64,000 nt of DNA from an uncultured Erysipelotrichaceae bacterium (GCA_902797855.1 CADBUI010000026.1:1626-65625), one strand, 5' to 3'. Positions 46,992 through 56,716 are shown, counted from the stretch's first letter. Notes: generated by a model from the letters alone, not told the origin. Made by a program: numbers and translations.

Positions 46992-47009
46992 AATTTTATG
47001 ACTAACTAT

Positions 47010-47321
47010 TTAGTCCTTCTCTTCGTATCGGAAGTTGTCTTCCCTTGGGAAATCCTCAGGAACTGCTTCTTCCTCATTCATTGAGAAATTACAGAACTTA
47101 TCAGCATTCTTTAAGAAGATGATACGTTCTTCATTTAGAAAATCTTGAATATTTAAGTGGAAATATTTACAAATATTTTTCACATCTGCTTCGTTAGGGT
47201 TAACTTCTTTAGATCTCCATTTTTCTAGAGAATCTTTCTTTAAATAAAACTTTCTGGTGAATCTTTTTTCAGACCACTTAAGTGTCTTAATTATGAAATC
47301 AATCTTTTCGATAGCAGTCAT
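47010..47321 (-). CDS. Small hypothetical protein with a degenerate XRE-like HTH and an acidic tail
   Basis: WSEKRFTRKFYLKKDSLEKWRSKEVNPNEADVKNICKYFHLNIQDFL resembles the second half of HTH_3 domains. It starts 9 nt downstream of the mscL stop. Confidence 0.4.
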   Translation of the reverse strand: MTAIEKIDFIIKTLKWSEKRFTRKFYLKKDSLEKWRSKEVNPNEADVKNICKYFHLNIQDFLNEERIIFLKNADKFCNFSMNEEEAVPEDFPREDNFRYEEKD

Positions 47322-47330
47322 AATATTCTA

Positions 47331-47984
47331 TTATTTTCCTTGTTTTTCTCTTAATAAATCACGAATTTGGGTGAGAAGTTCGGCTTCAGTTGGAGCAGGC
47401 ACACCTGGTTCAACTGGTGCTGGTCTATCTTCTGGGTGTTTCTTGTAGTGTTCTTCGAGAGCTTTTGCTTCGAGTGCGGCTTTCTTAGCTTGTAATGATG
47501 CAACAACTTTAACAATGATGAATAAAACGATTGCAATAATAATGAAGCTAATGACAGCTGTTAAAAGTGCGCCCCAGTCAATAACTGCTGATCCGTTAAA
47601 TGTGTAGGTTGTACCATGAAGTGTATATTTGCCTAATAATGCAGTTTGCCATTGGACAAATGTATCGCTTTCTTTGGTAATTGTGACACCTTGTGATTGA
47701 GCAAAAGCAATGGTCTTATCAACGAGTTCGTCAGAAACGAATTGTTGTCCGACTGGACCTTGTTGTGCAGCATTAAGAGCTGGTAAAACGGTAACTAAAC
47801 CTTTTAATCCACCTGGAACTGCCCAAGTTGCTAAGCTAAGTAAGATGTTAACAAATGCTGTAACGATTGCACCAAAGGCACCACCAATAACAACACCAAC
47901 AGCGAGCATAAAGGCATTACCCTTATTGATGAATTCTTTGAATTCTTGGAATATGCCTTTACCTTTTTTACCTTTTTTTGCCAT
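47331..47984 (-). CDS. mscL: Large-conductance mechanosensitive channel with an expanded extracytoplasmic loop
   Basis: [32 protein letters not shown] (TM1 signature), TM2 [19 protein letters not shown], and a C-terminal [13 protein letters not shown]. At 217 aa it is longer than the usual 130-150 aa. Confidence 0.85.
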   Translation of the reverse strand: MAKKGKKGKGIFQEFKEFINKGNAFMLAVGVVIGGAFGAIVTAFVNILLSLATWAVPGGLKGLVTVLPALNAAQQGPVGQQFVSDELVDKTIAFAQSQGVTITKESDTFVQWQTALLGKYTLHGTTYTFNGSAVIDWGALLTAVISFIIIAIVLFIIVKVVASLQAKKAALEAKALEEHYKKHPEDRPAPVEPGVPAPTEAELLTQIRDLLREKQGK

Positions 47985-48078
47985 AAAATGATTTTCCTCC
48001 GTGCGATAATTATAATTCAGTTTTATTGGAAATAAAATAGAATTAAAATATAATTAACAAGTTAGTAAGGAGAACTAT

Positions 48079-48936
48079 ATGAATAAAGTTAAAGTCATTG
48101 CTGATTCAACAGTGGATTTAAATAAAGATATGTATGAATCGCTTGATATCGCCGTTTTACCATTAGGAGTTAATTTTGGTGAAGAAGTATATCAAGATGG
48201 TGTCACTATTGGACCAGATGAATTATATAAAAAGGTCGCTGAAAAAGGTGAACTTCCTCACACTGCTGCAGCATCACCAGCTGCAATCGAAGAAGAATTT
48301 AGAAAATATCTTGATCAAGGTTACGATATTGTCTTCACCGGCATCGGTGGTAAATTCTCCACCACAATTCAAAATGCGAATATCGCTAAAAACTCAATTG
48401 ATGGTGCAGAAGATAGAGTTTATATTCTTGATTCGGCTAACTTAAGTTCCGGTACAGGATTACTTGTCTTAAAGATGTGCAAACTTCGTGATGAAGGTAA
48501 ATCTGCCAAAGAAATTTATGATACAGTTTTACCACTTGTACCAAAGGTATCTTCTCAATTCGTTGTTGATTCATTAGATTACCTTCATAAAGGTGGAAGA
48601 TGCTCAGGCGCAACAAAATTATTTGGTCACTTATTCCATGTTCACCCAGTCATTAAAGTTGTCGATGGTGGAATGATTGTCTATAAAAAGCCAAGAGGAA
48701 AACTTAAAGCTGGTATCGATGAACAAATTGCTGAACTTAAAAACGATTTACCAAATGTTGATATGGATAACATTATGATTACTGATTCTGGAGTGTCAGA
48801 GGCTGACAAAAAATATTTCCATGATGAAGTAGCAAAACTAGTTGATCCAAGTATCATCAGACATACACGTGCAGGATGTGTTGTATCTTGTCACTGTGGT
48901 CCTGGCACAATTGGAGTACTTTATATTAAAAAGTAA
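48079..48936 (+). CDS. DegV-family fatty-acid-binding protein
   Basis: KVKVIADSTVDL, a TAAASP-type motif and YLHKGGRCSGA. The SD AAGGAG precedes the ATG. Confidence 0.9.
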   Translation: MNKVKVIADSTVDLNKDMYESLDIAVLPLGVNFGEEVYQDGVTIGPDELYKKVAEKGELPHTAAASPAAIEEEFRKYLDQGYDIVFTGIGGKFSTTIQNANIAKNSIDGAEDRVYILDSANLSSGTGLLVLKMCKLRDEGKSAKEIYDTVLPLVPKVSSQFVVDSLDYLHKGGRCSGATKLFGHLFHVHPVIKVVDGGMIVYKKPRGKLKAGIDEQIAELKNDLPNVDMDNIMITDSGVSEADKKYFHDEVAKLVDPSIIRHTRAGCVVSCHCGPGTIGVLYIKK

Positions 48937-48951
48937 TTGTTACTATGTAAC

Positions 48952-48985
48952 AAAAAAGACGGAAACTGAATTCCGTCTTTTGTTT
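48952..48985. terminator. Bidirectional rho-independent terminator (degV / pmbA)
   Basis: AAAAAAGACGGAA-ACTGAA-TTCCGTCTTTTGTTTT, with the stem at 48958..48964 / 48971..48977. Confidence 0.8.
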
Positions 48986-48994
48986 TATCAGTGA

Positions 48995-50320
48995 TTATTT
49001 ACCACCAACTGCAAGTTTCTTAACAATTACACTTGGGAAAGTATTTCCACCAAGTAAAATCTTAGAATCGTTACCAACTTCGCTAATGTCATTCATGACA
49101 TCGACTAAGTTGCCGGAAATGGTAATAACATCTAATGCTCTATCAAGTTTTCCATCTTTGATGAGGAAACCAGTTGATTGAAGTGAGAAATTACCTGATT
49201 GTCCGTTCATACCAGCGTGCAATCCTTGAACTTGGGTGATGTAAACGCCATCTTTAACTTTGGCGAATAGTTCTTCTTGTGATTTTCTACCAGGTTTTAA
49301 GTAAAGAGCGAATGTATCGACACCAATTTTAGAACCACTGCTTGCACCATTACCTGTTGATTCAACACCTGCTTTAGCAGCAGTAGTTAAATTGTGGAGA
49401 TAACCCTCTAAAATACCTTTCTTAATAATTGGTTTGTTATAAGTTGCAACACCCTCGTCATCAAACCATCTAGAGAATGGACTTCCTTTTTGAAGTGGTT
49501 TATCTTCGATAGTAATTTTCTTAGATGCGACTTGTTGGCCTACTTTACCAATAAATAAAGATGATTGTTTTTGAACGTTTTCTGCACTAGCGTGATCGAC
49601 GTAAACTGATGCAAAAGCAGAAATAACTTCAGGTGCTAATACAGCTTTATATTTTTTAGATTTACATGGTTCACCACCAAGTTGTGCAAGAGCTTTGTTA
49701 GCAATAACTTTTGCAAGTTCATCAATATTAACTTCACTAAAGTCGTTTCCTAATTTTATTTCATAAGCGGTTTTGACTTGTTCGCCTTCTTTAGCGACAA
49801 CAGAACCCATAATGTAATAGTAATTAAGCTTTTGAGTAAGTTTTAATCCGTGAGAATTATAAATCGACATTGATGTAACAGATTCGTTATATTCAACACC
49901 TTCAACTTCAACAATTCTTGGATCAATTTCTTTAAGTTTCTTTTCAAGAGCGTATAGTGCTTCAATCTTTTTATCAATTGGAGTTTCTTCAAGTTTTTTA
50001 TTAAAGGTATTAACCCTATGGTATTTTGGACTTCCTTTAAATAAAATTGCTGGATCTTCGTTTTGAATAACTTTTGCGTTTTTAATGATTTCATCCACTA
50101 GGAACTCGGCTTTTTTGGAGTTATAGACATCACAGGACGCATTACCAAATTTGCCATTAATAATGCCTCTAGCAATATAGTTAGAACCATCTTCAACTGT
50201 GAAATTGTTGATTTCACTATGGAAGAGAGAAACGTTTAATGAATAAGAAGTAGAAACTTTTAATTCACTTTCTTTAATGCCTTTTTCTTTGGCAATAGCA
50301 AAAAATTTATCGTATTTCAT
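48995..50320 (-). CDS. pmbA: PmbA/TldE-family metalloprotease partner subunit
   Basis: It belongs to the TldD/PmbA fold family, lacks the HExxxH motif, sits immediately downstream of tldD and ends in a typical VGG motif. Confidence 0.85.
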   Translation of the reverse strand: MKYDKFFAIAKEKGIKESELKVSTSYSLNVSLFHSEINNFTVEDGSNYIARGIINGKFGNASCDVYNSKKAEFLVDEIIKNAKVIQNEDPAILFKGSPKYHRVNTFNKKLEETPIDKKIEALYALEKKLKEIDPRIVEVEGVEYNESVTSMSIYNSHGLKLTQKLNYYYIMGSVVAKEGEQVKTAYEIKLGNDFSEVNIDELAKVIANKALAQLGGEPCKSKKYKAVLAPEVISAFASVYVDHASAENVQKQSSLFIGKVGQQVASKKITIEDKPLQKGSPFSRWFDDEGVATYNKPIIKKGILEGYLHNLTTAAKAGVESTGNGASSGSKIGVDTFALYLKPGRKSQEELFAKVKDGVYITQVQGLHAGMNGQSGNFSLQSTGFLIKDGKLDRALDVITISGNLVDVMNDISEVGNDSKILLGGNTFPSVIVKKLAVGGK

Positions 50321-51720
50321 TATTTTAATTCTCCTCCTCTTCCACCGACATAGACTTTTGAGATTCTAAGTGTTGGTTGGCCAACATTGGTTCTAATAGA
50401 ACCGCTTGCGGCACCACAAACGCCTTGTCCAAAAGCTAGGTCATTTCCTACCATATCGATATCTTTTAAGATTTCGTAACCTTTTCCAATTAAGGTTGCA
50501 CCCTTAACTGGTTCACATATTTTTCCATCTCTAATGATATAAGCTTCACTACAACCAAAGTTAAATTCTCCGGTTGCAGGATTAACTGAACCACCATTAA
50601 ATCCAACCGTATATAAACCAAGTTTTGTGGCAGCGATAATTTCTTCAGGAGTGTTCTTACCGTTTTCGATGTATGTGTTTGACATACGGGATGTTGGGCA
50701 GTACTTGTAGTTTTGTCTACGAGACGCACCGTTACCTTCCATATTTCTACGACGGCCATTAAAATCATCGATCATATTTCCAACTAATACACCATTTTTA
50801 ATGAGTTGACGTTTTTGGCCTGGATTTCCTTCGTCATCAATATCGATTGATCCCCATTCTCCTGGAATTGTGGAATCATCGACTGCAGAAACAACTGGGC
50901 TAGCGATTACTTGACCATTTTTGTCAGAGAAACATGAAAGTCCTAGGAAGGCTGAACTAGCTTCAAGAGGGTGACCACATGATTCGTGGAATAAGACACC
51001 ACCCCAACCATTGCCAATAACTACTGGCATGATACCTGATGGACATTCTTTTGCTTCTAGGTTTTGAAGAGCAACACGAACAGTATCAAGAGCAATTTCT
51101 TTTAAATTGAGTTTGGTCGTGAAATAAGAAATATCTGTTTGAGTTCCTGGTCCATTAAAGCCAGTTTCAAATCCTTTTTCATTCGCAGCGACAACCATAT
51201 ATGCAACACGAGCGAATTCTGTTTTTCTTCTAAACCATTTTTGTTTGGAATTGTAGACAGTAACATCTCGATGATGATACATAAAGGAAGAAATTGTTCT
51301 AACTAGTCTTGGATCGTGTAATTCTTGAATTGCATCATCACCAATTCTTAGTAATTTGATAATCTCTTCACGAGAAACGTCGTTATAAGATCTAATAATT
51401 GGATTTCTATTCTTTGCTTTAACTAAATCAAATTTTTCAACTGTGAGAATTCTTTCTCCATCAAAAGATTTGTTTAATGTATTAGCGAGTTTAAGTAATC
51501 CACTTTTTGTTAAATCAGTAGTGTAACCATACACTGTTCTATTTTCTTTAAGTAAGCGAAGACCGCATCCTGTTGTGGTATTTGATGATGAAGTATCAAC
51601 TTTACCATTTTCAATCGAAATACCGCGGGACAAAGAATCTTCTAAAAAGATTTCTGCGTAGTCTGCACCCGTAGCTAAAGCAGCATTTAAAACTTCAATT
51701 GCTATTTTTTTACTAATCAT
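50320..51720 (-). CDS. tldD: TldD metalloprotease
   Basis: HESCGHPLE (HExxxH) and a C-terminal GxC...GG pattern. The SD AGGAGGG precedes the ATG. Confidence 0.9.
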   Translation of the reverse strand: MISKKIAIEVLNAALATGADYAEIFLEDSLSRGISIENGKVDTSSSNTTTGCGLRLLKENRTVYGYTTDLTKSGLLKLANTLNKSFDGERILTVEKFDLVKAKNRNPIIRSYNDVSREEIIKLLRIGDDAIQELHDPRLVRTISSFMYHHRDVTVYNSKQKWFRRKTEFARVAYMVVAANEKGFETGFNGPGTQTDISYFTTKLNLKEIALDTVRVALQNLEAKECPSGIMPVVIGNGWGGVLFHESCGHPLEASSAFLGLSCFSDKNGQVIASPVVSAVDDSTIPGEWGSIDIDDEGNPGQKRQLIKNGVLVGNMIDDFNGRRRNMEGNGASRRQNYKYCPTSRMSNTYIENGKNTPEEIIAATKLGLYTVGFNGGSVNPATGEFNFGCSEAYIIRDGKICEPVKGATLIGKGYEILKDIDMVGNDLAFGQGVCGAASGSIRTNVGQPTLRISKVYVGGRGGELK

Positions 51721-51824
51721 TTTTGCCCTCCTATAAATTCGTTTATTGATTTTATCATATAAAAATTAATTTTTGCATTTTAATGATGCAAAATTAGTTA
51801 TTAATATGCTTAATATATGCATGT

Positions 51825-51850
51825 AAAAAGAAAAGCATTCTATGAATGCT
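51825..51850 (-). terminator. Terminator of the CrtI-like gene
   Basis: AGCATTC(51834..51840)/GAATGCT(51844..51850) is followed on the minus strand by TTTTCTTTTT. Confidence 0.6.
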
Positions 51851-51854
51851 AATC

Positions 51855-53390
51855 TTATTTTGCGTATTTTTGATACTGTTTTTTAGTAATTCTATAATGA
51901 CGTTTTTCTTGTTTAAGAATTCTTTGAATTGAGAATTTCCCAGAGCTAAGTGCGAACGGAATCCCACCAGGCATAAATGTCCATTGACCAGAAATGAATA
52001 GATTTTTCACTCCTTTAATCTTGCCATTATGCATAAGCAAGCTAGCTTTATTAGTGAAGGCGAATGGCATATATGCTCCATGATAAGCATTGCAGTATCT
52101 TTCGTATGTTACTGGTGTTGCTACATCAAGTAGTTCAATTTTATCTTTTAGCGATGGGAATTTCTCAATAATTCTTTGTTTAATTTCATCCGCAACAATT
52201 TGTTTTCGAATACTATATTCGGTTGGATCTTCTTTTAGCTTTTTCCAATATAAAAAGTCTTCATCATCTTGATGTGTCATAACATTCATGACGAGTTTAC
52301 CATCTTTCACAAACATTGGATCATAAGAATAATCTCTCATTTTAATAAGTGAAAATGATGATGCTCCCGCTTTGAATGGTTCACATTGGAATTGGTATGT
52401 GGTTGTTAAACCCAATTCTTTATAAGCGTTATAGTCCACTACAAATGTAGTGTATACACAAGAAGGTAAAGGATATTTCTTGGTTTCTGCTAATCGTTTT
52501 TCGATTTCTTTATCTCTATATTTTCCTTCTAGTAAAGAAGTTAGTGTATAAGCCGAATCTAAAGCGGAAATAACATAGTCTGCTTTATGAATAGTGCCAT
52601 CAGATAATTCAATTCCTTTGCACACTCCATTTTCAATAAATAATCTTTTAACTTCTGAGTTATAGTGAATAACACCACCTTCTAAACGATATTTTTCCAC
52701 CATTCTTTTGATGATGTAATTTGATCCACCTTTAACAACCCCACCATTACCAACACAAGCTGTGCCATAGGCAAATAGTGTCGAATATAAATTATTATGA
52801 CCAGGGACAATCTGAGTCAAAATATATTTAATGACTGGTGATTTAAATCTTTTTGCATATTGTTCGCAAGTTAATTTTGTTGTGTTTAAATATGAGAATA
52901 ATGATGGCGTTAATTTGATACCAACATCCATGAGTCTCCATATTGACATGATTGAAGTAGGCATGTCTAATGGAAGTTTCATGTTTTGAATCTTAATAAT
53001 TAATTTAGTTAAATGTTTAATTTGTCTTTTATCTTGAGGTGAAATTTTAATTAAATCTTCCTCAAGTTTATTTAAGTCACACCAAAGAGTAATTTTTTGA
53101 TTTAAAACTTCAATTGTGCCAAAGTTATCATCTTTGATGATATCTTCTTTATCGAAGGCATCAACATCCTTCCACATTTGATTAAGTTCTGTACCTTCTT
53201 TTGTGCCCGTTAACCAGTGGATACATCCATCGATTGGATAACCTTTTCGATACCAAGTAAAACATAGTCCTCCTGGAAGAGGATTTTTCTCAAAAATTTC
53301 AGTAACAAACCCGTTCTTTTGGCCATAAATGCCACTTGTGAGGCCACTTATTCCAGCTCCAATAATGATGATTTTTTTAGGTTTGTCCAT
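51855..53390 (-). CDS. Phytoene-desaturase-family (CrtI-like) FAD-dependent oxidoreductase
   Basis: The N-terminal dinucleotide fold is KIIIIGAGISGLTSG...EKNPLPGG. At 511 aa it has a CrtI-family length and layout. Confidence 0.7.
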   Translation of the reverse strand: MDKPKKIIIIGAGISGLTSGIYGQKNGFVTEIFEKNPLPGGLCFTWYRKGYPIDGCIHWLTGTKEGTELNQMWKDVDAFDKEDIIKDDNFGTIEVLNQKITLWCDLNKLEEDLIKISPQDKRQIKHLTKLIIKIQNMKLPLDMPTSIMSIWRLMDVGIKLTPSLFSYLNTTKLTCEQYAKRFKSPVIKYILTQIVPGHNNLYSTLFAYGTACVGNGGVVKGGSNYIIKRMVEKYRLEGGVIHYNSEVKRLFIENGVCKGIELSDGTIHKADYVISALDSAYTLTSLLEGKYRDKEIEKRLAETKKYPLPSCVYTTFVVDYNAYKELGLTTTYQFQCEPFKAGASSFSLIKMRDYSYDPMFVKDGKLVMNVMTHQDDEDFLYWKKLKEDPTEYSIRKQIVADEIKQRIIEKFPSLKDKIELLDVATPVTYERYCNAYHGAYMPFAFTNKASLLMHNGKIKGVKNLFISGQWTFMPGGIPFALSSGKFSIQRILKQEKRHYRITKKQYQKYAK

Positions 53391-53457
53391 AAGCGTTAGT
53401 AATAAGTATAATCCAAAAAAATGATATGTCTATAAATGTCTAGGTAAAAAGAAAAAC

Positions 53458-53486
53458 TTGTTAAGTTTATTTGTTAATGTTAATAT
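53458..53486 (+). promoter_or_regulatory. Promoter of rpmE (TTGTTA-17-TGtTAATAT)
   Basis: The -35-like TTGTTA is at 53458..53463, followed by a 17-nt spacer and an extended -10 TGTTAATAT ending at 53486. Confidence 0.5.
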
Positions 53487-53542
53487 TTCACATGCAACTT
53501 TCTTTAGAACCCAATCGAGGTCTAAGGCGGAAGGAGTTATTT

Positions 53543-53749
53543 ATGAAAAAAGGTATTCATCCAAAAACCCATAAGGTCACAGTCACATGTGTCTCTTGCG
53601 GAGCGACATTTGAAACACATTCAACATCACCAGATCTTCATGTTGATACTTGTTCAAATTGCCATCCATTCTACACCGGTAAACAAAGATTCGTTCAATC
53701 CGATGGTAGAATCGACCGTTTCAATAAAAAATACGGAACCAAGAAATAA
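53543..53749 (+). CDS. rpmE: 50S ribosomal protein L31 (zinc-ribbon, C+ type)
   Basis: [28 protein letters not shown]...[12 protein letters not shown] has both CxxC pairs. The SD GGAAGGAG precedes the ATG. The ORF-track start at 53471 lies in the promoter. Confidence 0.95.
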   Translation: MKKGIHPKTHKVTVTCVSCGATFETHSTSPDLHVDTCSNCHPFYTGKQRFVQSDGRIDRFNKKYGTKK

Positions 53750-53767
53750 TTGGGATCAATATAGAAG

Positions 53768-53796
53768 AAAATCCACGATAATGTGGATTTTTTCTT
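53768..53796 (+). terminator. Rho-independent terminator of rpmE
   Basis: AAAATCCAC-GATAAT-GTGGATTTT followed by a T-run. Confidence 0.8.
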
Positions 53797-53868
53797 TTGA
53801 ACAATTAGTATATAATATGTAAGAGTTTTATATAAAACTCGCAAGTATTCTTAGAAAGGACATTAGTT

Positions 53869-55449
53869 ATGAAGAAAAGATTCTACATCACCACTCCGAT
53901 TTATTATCCAAGCGCTAATGCTCATATTGGACATGCTTATTGCACAACAATGTGTGATATTTTAGCTCGCTATAAACGAATGCGTGGAGTAGAAACTTAC
54001 TTTTTAACTGGCACTGATGAACACGGTGAAAAGATTCAAAAGAATGCTGAAGCAAAAGGTGTAAGTCCACAACAATTCGTTGATGAAATAGCGAATAATT
54101 TCCAAAACTTATGGAAAGCTATGAAAATCTCCAACGATGACTTTATTAGAACAACTCAAGATAGACACGTTAAAGTCGTTCAAGATGTTTTCTCTAAGTT
54201 ATATCAGAATGGTGATATTTATTTAGGGAGATACGAAGGATGGTATTGCACTCCATGTGAATCATTCTGGACCGATACTCAAGTTGGAGAAGAACACCTT
54301 TGTCCTGATTGCCATCGTCCAGTTCATAAAGCCAGCGAAGAATCATATTTCTTTAAGACTCAAAAGTATTTGCCAAATCTTTTAGAAATAATGGATAAAA
54401 ATCCTAAATTCATCCTTCCTATTAATAGGAAGAATGAAATGATGAACACTTTCATCAAACCAGGTCTAGATGATTTATGTGTATCTCGTACATCATTTGA
54501 CTGGGGTGTTCAAATTAGAGAGAATCCTAAACATGTTATCTATGTTTGGATGGATGCTCTAACAAACTATATTTCCGCTTTAGGATACGATTCAGATAAT
54601 CCAGAAAAATTCAAAAAATTCTGGGAAGATCCTGATTGCGAAATTGTTCATATTGTTGGAGCGGATATCTCTAGATTCCATGTTATTTATTGGCCAATGT
54701 TCTTAATGGGACTTGGCTTAAGAGTACCTGATAGAGTATTTGTTCATGGTCTACTTGATTTAAATGGTGAAAAAATGTCTAAGTCTAGAGGTAACGTAGT
54801 TTCACCTCTTCCATTAATTGATAAATATGGAGTTGATACAGTCCGTTGGTTCTTAGCAAGAGAATTCTCTTTTGGTAGTGATGGCAGATTCTCTCCAGAA
54901 TTATTTGTTGAAAGAATCAATGTTGACCTCGCGAATAACTATGGAAACCTCATCAATAGAACTTCAGCAATGATTAACAAATATTTTGATGGCGTTGTGC
55001 CAGAACTAAAGAATCCATCACAAAAAGAAAAAGATCTTCAGTTCTTAACTGAAAAAGTCATCAAGAATTATGAGAACTTAATGGATGATTTAAAAGTTAC
55101 TGAAGCTCTTAGTGAAGCAACCGAATTACTTAACGCTGCAAATAAATACATTGAAGAAAGTCAACCTTGGGTGCTTTCAAAAGAAGGTAAGATTGAAGAG
55201 CTTGGAAATGTAATGGCGGTGTTAACAAACTCAATTATTGTTGGTACCAAATTACTTAGCCCTGCTTTAGTCGAATCTAGTGAAAAAGTCTTTGATCAAT
55301 TTGGACTTCCAAAAGAACTTAGAAGTTATGAATCAGTTTATAAATTCTGCCCATATACTGGCCTAAAAGTTAGCAAAGGAAACCCTCTCTTCCCAAGACT
55401 TGATCCAAAAATTGAGACCGAATATATTGCTTCTTTAGCGGCAAAGTAA
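53869..55449 (+). CDS. metG: Methionyl-tRNA synthetase (short form, no C-terminal tRNA-binding appendix)
   Basis: HIGH motif (ANAHIGHAY), KMSKS, and zinc-knuckle cysteines (CTPCE...CPDCH). Confidence 0.95.
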   Translation: MKKRFYITTPIYYPSANAHIGHAYCTTMCDILARYKRMRGVETYFLTGTDEHGEKIQKNAEAKGVSPQQFVDEIANNFQNLWKAMKISNDDFIRTTQDRHVKVVQDVFSKLYQNGDIYLGRYEGWYCTPCESFWTDTQVGEEHLCPDCHRPVHKASEESYFFKTQKYLPNLLEIMDKNPKFILPINRKNEMMNTFIKPGLDDLCVSRTSFDWGVQIRENPKHVIYVWMDALTNYISALGYDSDNPEKFKKFWEDPDCEIVHIVGADISRFHVIYWPMFLMGLGLRVPDRVFVHGLLDLNGEKMSKSRGNVVSPLPLIDKYGVDTVRWFLAREFSFGSDGRFSPELFVERINVDLANNYGNLINRTSAMINKYFDGVVPELKNPSQKEKDLQFLTEKVIKNYENLMDDLKVTEALSEATELLNAANKYIEESQPWVLSKEGKIEELGNVMAVLTNSIIVGTKLLSPALVESSEKVFDQFGLPKELRSYESVYKFCPYTGLKVSKGNPLFPRLDPKIETEYIASLAAK

Positions 55450-55466
55450 AATCTACTAATAACTGA

Positions 55467-55497
55467 AAATGCAGCCATTATTTGGACTGCATTTTTT
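55467..55497. terminator. Terminator of metG whose loop contains the stop codon of the convergent gene
   Basis: AAATGCAG(55467..55474)/CTGCATTT(55487..55494) followed by TTT. The minus-strand stop TAA (55478..55480) lies in the loop. Confidence 0.65.
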
Positions 55498-56644
55498 GAT
55501 ATAAAGCGATACACATTTTTTGATATGGAGAATATAAAGATATTCGATATGTTTTAGTGCCATCATCATTATCAATCACTATAGTTTGAGTGTGATCGAT
55601 ATAATAGTCAGTATTTTCATTTCCAAATATTTCTAAATATATATTATTAAAGAAGTTAGATGCTTTGCTTAAGAAATCGTGTTCTTCCCAATAAGAATAA
55701 GTATAATGTCTATCTTCACTGATACGAGGATCTAGTGTCTTTGTTATTTCTAAAACCGCTCCTTCAATATTAGATGCTTTTGCGAATGGCAAAACACTAG
55801 AGTAGGTACGGCAAAGTCCGGAATATTTTAAATATGCATCTGAACTATTTAAACAGATATAGGCCGCTACTAAATTAGCTTCATCTTCTTTCATCACTCC
55901 TTTGGAGTGTGCTATCTCATGAGCAATGGTAAAAGGAAGTTCCGAATTTGTGCATAAGTTATTAATTGACGCTTCACCAAGAGGAGCAAATGAATAACCA
56001 GTAATTTGGAATTCTCTATATAACCAATTGAATAGATACATCGGTTTTGAATTAGTTGTGAATTTGGTGAAATAATCGCTTTCAAGTTTAGCGTATTCAT
56101 TTGAAATGATTCTGTTGAGTTGATCTATTGTATATGGACGATTAACTTCTCCTGTTTCTTCATTAAAGCCTAGTACAGTAGCGCATGCATTATATTCATC
56201 ATGGTAATACTTAATCATGTCGTATAAGACTTGCCCATCTTCAATTGGTTCGCCTTCATATTGAGGAATATCGACTGGATAACGGTTGTATTCCATGCCA
56301 GCGGTTCCAACATATGTTAATAGGAAAGAGACAATGATAATACCAGACTTTAACCAAAGATGACTCGAACCTCTAAATGAAAGACGATGAAGATGTCTAA
56401 TTACAAAAAATAGCCAAGTTCCTATACCTAAAATTGCAACAATGATAAACATTTCTGTTAATGAAAAAGGTATATATTTTGTGATTGGGGCAAACACATA
56501 ATAAAATCCTCTAGATACGGTTCTACTCCACCATTCACAGATGTCTGTAGATAATCTAAGAAGCAAAAGAATCCCTAATAAAGTTATTAGTGAGCCAAGT
56601 ATGATAAGACTTCTCCAGAATCTTTTCTTATATACGCTATTCAT
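55478..56644 (-). CDS. DUF3810-like membrane protein with a zincin HExxH motif
   Basis: N-terminal TM helices and TIAHEIAHSKGVMKEDEANLVAAYI. Confidence 0.65.
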   Translation of the reverse strand: MNSVYKKRFWRSLIILGSLITLLGILLLLRLSTDICEWWSRTVSRGFYYVFAPITKYIPFSLTEMFIIVAILGIGTWLFFVIRHLHRLSFRGSSHLWLKSGIIIVSFLLTYVGTAGMEYNRYPVDIPQYEGEPIEDGQVLYDMIKYYHDEYNACATVLGFNEETGEVNRPYTIDQLNRIISNEYAKLESDYFTKFTTNSKPMYLFNWLYREFQITGYSFAPLGEASINNLCTNSELPFTIAHEIAHSKGVMKEDEANLVAAYICLNSSDAYLKYSGLCRTYSSVLPFAKASNIEGAVLEITKTLDPRISEDRHYTYSYWEEHDFLSKASNFFNNIYLEIFGNENTDYYIDHTQTIVIDNDDGTKTYRISLYSPYQKMCIALYQKMQSK

Positions 56645-56716
56645 GTATATATTATTTTAATCTAATTTTTCGTAAACGAAGAAACATATTATTGTTTTAT
56701 ATGCTACAATGTGAAT

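Noticed and set aside
53750-53868. I looked for T-box leaders or other riboswitches upstream of the aminoacyl-tRNA synthetase genes (metG here; also lysS at 1261..1321 and serS).
   Set aside because: The leaders are only about 60-120 nt, or absent in the case of serS, whose start overlaps the upstream gene. None contains a T-box sequence (AATTAGGGTGGNACCGCG-like) or a specifier-loop architecture.
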